The position numbers and the translations under genes are program-made. This document shows positions 61,087 to 64,000 of a stretch of DNA of 64,000 nucleotides, piece after piece. The DNA is from Thiotrichaceae bacterium (GTDB lineage Bacteria; Pseudomonadota; Gammaproteobacteria; Eutrophobiales; Eutrophobiaceae): positions 7,433 to 71,432 of the forward strand of contig DUBV01000005.1 of assembly GCA_012960105.1 (NCBI GenBank). Reading direction: 5' to 3'. The stretch's first letter is position 1. Each line of letters opens with the position of its first letter. Below the pieces are notes generated by a model. The model ran no database searches. It was not told the origin of the DNA and saw only the letters and a list, made by a program, of their open reading frames with translations.

Positions 61087-61853
61087 AAAATACAGCAATG
61101 AAGTTTAAAATCAATCTCATTGCTAGTTTGCACAGCTCTACTATTTGTTGCAGTATCTTCCATAAATCGAATACTGAATCGTTGTTTTCCCCCACTTATT
61201 TCAGGGTAATAACGGCTAGTAGATGGTAACAAGACTCTTATTAATTGGCAGGATAGATTAGGTTCAATAGTTTTTTGATAGAAACCAGTTTCAGCTTTTT
61301 CTTTAGATGGGTTTGCACTATTTCTAATCATATCTAAGACTAAAATAACAGATTTCCTAATGGGAGAGAGATCGCTTGACCAGTTATCTAAATCCTGTTG
61401 CTGTTTAGTGCCAGTCTGATTTAGCCAGTAATGAAAGCGAGGCAAATCAAAATTACAAGTCCCGCCTGGAATACTTATACGCTGTTTAAAACTAGTTACC
61501 AATTCATCATTTTTTAGTTGATTACCAGGTTGATATGAATTTTTACTTAATTCTAAAGATAATTCACAAATTTCACTATTAACTTTTTTAAGTGTGTTTT
61601 GATCGACTGCAGGGTTATTTTCTAACGCTGTAAGTATAGATGAATGCCGTTTTAATTCTTTAATCAGTTCGACTTTAAAATCAGAACGGCTTAAAAGATC
61701 TGAGACTTCAAGAAGAGATTCTAGAATTTCTCTGTAATCCCATTTATTAGTATTATTTGAACGATGTGAAATAAGATTGAAAAGATGCTCTAAACGTAAC
61801 AAATTTCTCATTCTTTCATTTAGTGGTTGTTCAAAAACTATTATATTTTGCAT
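61083..61853 (-). CDS. zapD: cell division protein ZapD
   Basis: 256 aa. The N-terminus VFEQPLNERMRNLLRLEHLF is typical of ZapD (YacF). Standard coaE-zapD-yacG order. Confidence 0.85.
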   Translation of the reverse strand: MQNIIVFEQPLNERMRNLLRLEHLFNLISHRSNNTNKWDYREILESLLEVSDLLSRSDFKVELIKELKRHSSILTALENNPAVDQNTLKKVNSEICELSLELSKNSYQPGNQLKNDELVTSFKQRISIPGGTCNFDLPRFHYWLNQTGTKQQQDLDNWSSDLSPIRKSVILVLDMIRNSANPSKEKAETGFYQKTIEPNLSCQLIRVLLPSTSRYYPEISGGKQRFSIRFMEDTATNSRAVQTSNEIDFKLHCCIL

Positions 61854-61863
61854 TAATTATTAT

Positions 61864-62481
61864 CTAGGGTTTATGACTATAGTTACTCAGTTCCATATAC
61901 AAATGGTGCAAATGTAGTACGGTATCATTAAGTTCATCAATTTCAATACTGTTATTAATAATATCATCAGCATATTTCAGTCGTTGTTTACGACTCACTT
62001 GGCTTTTAATAATTTTCTCTACTATTATATTTGAACTATTATCTCTATTAACCGTTCTTTCGATTTGTAATTTTTCACTTATATCAACTAGCAATATCCT
62101 ATCAAAACGTCGCATAGCTTGTGTTTCAACAAGGAGAGGGATGACGGTTATGCAATATGGATAATCTACTTTGGAGAGTTGATTCTCAATTTCTAGATAA
62201 ATAGCCGGATGTAAAATTTCTTCTAGCTTATTTTTTGCATTATCATCATTAAAAACAATTGTACGTAACTTATCTCGGTCAAGAGTAGCCTTGTTTGTTA
62301 AGACATCAGAGCCGAATTCGTTAATAATAGCATGCAAGCATGCTGATTCTGGTTTTACTACGTCTCTGGAAATTATATCTGAATCAATTATTGGAGCGCC
62401 AAGTTCATGGAATTTTGATGAGACAGTTGATTTACCAGAGCCTATACCACCAGTTAACGCAACACGTAATACAGCTGACAT
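61864..62481 (-). CDS. coaE: dephospho-CoA kinase
   Basis: 205 aa with the P-loop LTGGIGSGKSTV. Directly downstream of pilD. Confidence 0.92.
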   Translation of the reverse strand: MSAVLRVALTGGIGSGKSTVSSKFHELGAPIIDSDIISRDVVKPESACLHAIINEFGSDVLTNKATLDRDKLRTIVFNDDNAKNKLEEILHPAIYLEIENQLSKVDYPYCITVIPLLVETQAMRRFDRILLVDISEKLQIERTVNRDNSSNIIVEKIIKSQVSRKQRLKYADDIINNSIEIDELNDTVLHLHHLYMELSNYSHKP

Positions 62482-63360
62482 TTAAATTACTGCATTTAAA
62501 TATGCTGACATTATATAAGGGCCCCACAGCATAGAAACCCAACCGGCAATTGCTAAATATGGGCCAAATGGAATCGCTGATGATCTATCTTTAGATTTAA
62601 AAATTATCAATGAAATACCGATAGCAGCTCCAACAATAGATGATAATATTATTATTAAAGGAAGTAATTGCCATCCAAACCAAGCACCCAAAAGGGCTAA
62701 TAGTTTAAAATCACCATGCCCCATACCTTCTTTTCCAGTGACTAACTTAAATATAATGTAAACAAGCCAGAGTGAGCCGTAACCTAATATAGCACCAAGA
62801 ACACTTGATTGGATATCAGTAAAAATATTAAATAGATTTAGAAAAATTCCAAGCCATAGAAAGGGTAGCGTAATATCATCAGGAAGTAATTGATGGTCAA
62901 AATCTATCATGCTTAATGAGATCAATGCCCAGGTAAGACAGACAGCAAACAATGTTTGTAATGAAACACCAAAATAAAAAGCAACAATAGTTACAGATAC
63001 TGCACTAGTTAATTCGACTAGAGGATAACGTATAGAAATTTTATTTTTACATTCAATACATTTACCTTTTAAAAATAGATAACTAATTACGGGAATATTT
63101 TCAAAGGCGCTAATTTGATGGTTGCAAAATGGGCAACGCGAGCGGGGAGTAATGAGATTGAATACAGTGTTATTTTGCTTATCTTCTGAATTATCGAGTT
63201 CAAGTAATTCACAACATTGTTGTTTCCAGTCAGTTTGCATCATGACCGGTAAACGCAAGATAACGACATTAAGAAAACTACCAATTAGCAGTCCTAAAAT
63301 GAAAATAGTGCCGAGAAATAAGCTGGAATTGAGCTGAAATAATTCAATAAGGTTTGTCAC
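62482..63360 (-). CDS. pilD: prepilin peptidase / N-methyltransferase (A24 family)
   Basis: 292 aa polytopic protein. It has the Cys cluster CPFC...C-EC and GMGHGDFKLLA. Confidence 0.92.
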   Translation of the reverse strand: MTNLIELFQLNSSLFLGTIFILGLLIGSFLNVVILRLPVMMQTDWKQQCCELLELDNSEDKQNNTVFNLITPRSRCPFCNHQISAFENIPVISYLFLKGKCIECKNKISIRYPLVELTSAVSVTIVAFYFGVSLQTLFAVCLTWALISLSMIDFDHQLLPDDITLPFLWLGIFLNLFNIFTDIQSSVLGAILGYGSLWLVYIIFKLVTGKEGMGHGDFKLLALLGAWFGWQLLPLIIILSSIVGAAIGISLIIFKSKDRSSAIPFGPYLAIAGWVSMLWGPYIMSAYLNAVI

Positions 63361-63472
63361 GATTGATTATTCCCAAATCGTTAGCGAGGTATTAAATAAT
63401 TATTAATGGGTTATCGGAATAAAAATTAGCCTTGAATAATTTAACCAAAAGTTATTGCAAGACAATTTTTTA

Positions 63473-64000
63473 TTAAACAACAGAACCCATTTTGAATATT
63501 GGAAGATACATGCCGATAACAATGCCACCGATAACGACACCTAAAAATCCCATAATCGCAGGTTCAAGTAGGCTAGTTAAAGCATCAACCGCATCATCAA
63601 CTTCCTGTTCATACCAGTCAGCAACTTTGCCTAGCATTGTATCAATAGCACCAGATTCTTCACCAATGGCTACCATTTGTATAACCATGTTAGGAAATAA
63701 CCCTGTATCTCTCATCGCAGCCTGAAGTTGTGTGCCAGTAGAAATTTCATCTTTCATTTTCATTGTGGCATCGTAGAATACGATATTGCCACAAGCGCCA
63801 GCAACTGAAACCATAGCTTCTACCAAAGGCGTGCCCGCGGCGAACATAGTTTCTAGAGTGCGAGCAAATCGAGCAATAGCTGCTTTTTCCATAACTACGC
63901 CAAGAACAGGCAATTTTAAAATTGTGCGATCTAAAAAGTGTTGAACAGCAATGGACCTTTGTTTTAATTCCATTAAACCAAAAACTGTGCCACCCATAAC
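63473..64000 (-). CDS. pilC: type IV pilus platform protein PilC (GspF family), C-terminal part; 5' end beyond window
   Basis: The ORF is open to the window edge. It has a T2SS-F domain (FARTLETMFAAGTPLVEAM) and a C-terminal TM helix with LPIFKMG. Confidence 0.9.
   Translation of the reverse strand, partial: VMGGTVFGLMELKQRSIAVQHFLDRTILKLPVLGVVMEKAAIARFARTLETMFAAGTPLVEAMVSVAGACGNIVFYDATMKMKDEISTGTQLQAAMRDTGLFPNMVIQMVAIGEESGAIDTMLGKVADWYEQEVDDAVDALTSLLEPAIMGFLGVVIGGIVIGMYLPIFKMGSVV

Overview
This is AT-rich gammaproteobacterial chromosomal backbone, almost entirely housekeeping genes. From memory, the gene order resembles the Pseudomonas-type layout. I found no rRNA, tRNA, CRISPR array, transposase, integrase or recognisable defence system, and I do not see a convincing new multi-gene system.

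Gene order:
- Plus strand: yajC (5' end cut by the window), secD, secF, pdxB, purN and gloA. Next come a COG1033/MMPL-type RND exporter and a MlaC-family protein, then ibaG, murA and hisG-hisD-hisC.
- A degS/algW-like protease lies on the minus strand, followed by petABC and sspAB on the plus strand.
- Next are a decaying REC-GGDEF*-EAL* gene, rapA (-), a spermidine-synthase-like methyltransferase and a frameshifted yyaL-type thioredoxin-domain gene (-).
- BON/dolP, diaA, yraN and lpoA (-) are divergent from rsmI. A sensor GGDEF cyclase and rnpB (RNase P RNA) follow.
- A small accessory islet holds decayed parDE, an inverted REP-like hairpin pair and ytoQ-sel1.
- A complete dcw cluster follows: mraZ-rsmH-ftsL-ftsI-murE-murF-mraY-murD-ftsW-murG-murC-murB-ddl-ftsQ-ftsA-ftsZ.
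- The window ends with lpxC, a DUF721/DciA-like gene (-), an M23 peptidase, secA, argJ and a mutT/thiE-like fusion. After these come yacG-zapD-coaE-pilD-pilC (pilC 5' end cut by the window) on the minus strand.

Most noteworthy observations:
- An RND exporter plus an orphan MlaC homologue sits where mlaFEDCB normally precedes ibaG-murA.
- A MITE-like repeat family with terminal inverted repeats abuts the murA and hisD stop codons, and one copy lies inside the his operon.
- Two decaying genes are present: REC-GGDEF*-EAL*, and yyaL with a homopolymer frameshift.
- The rnpB-adjacent islet.
- A textbook MraZ operator that forces re-annotation of the mraZ start.
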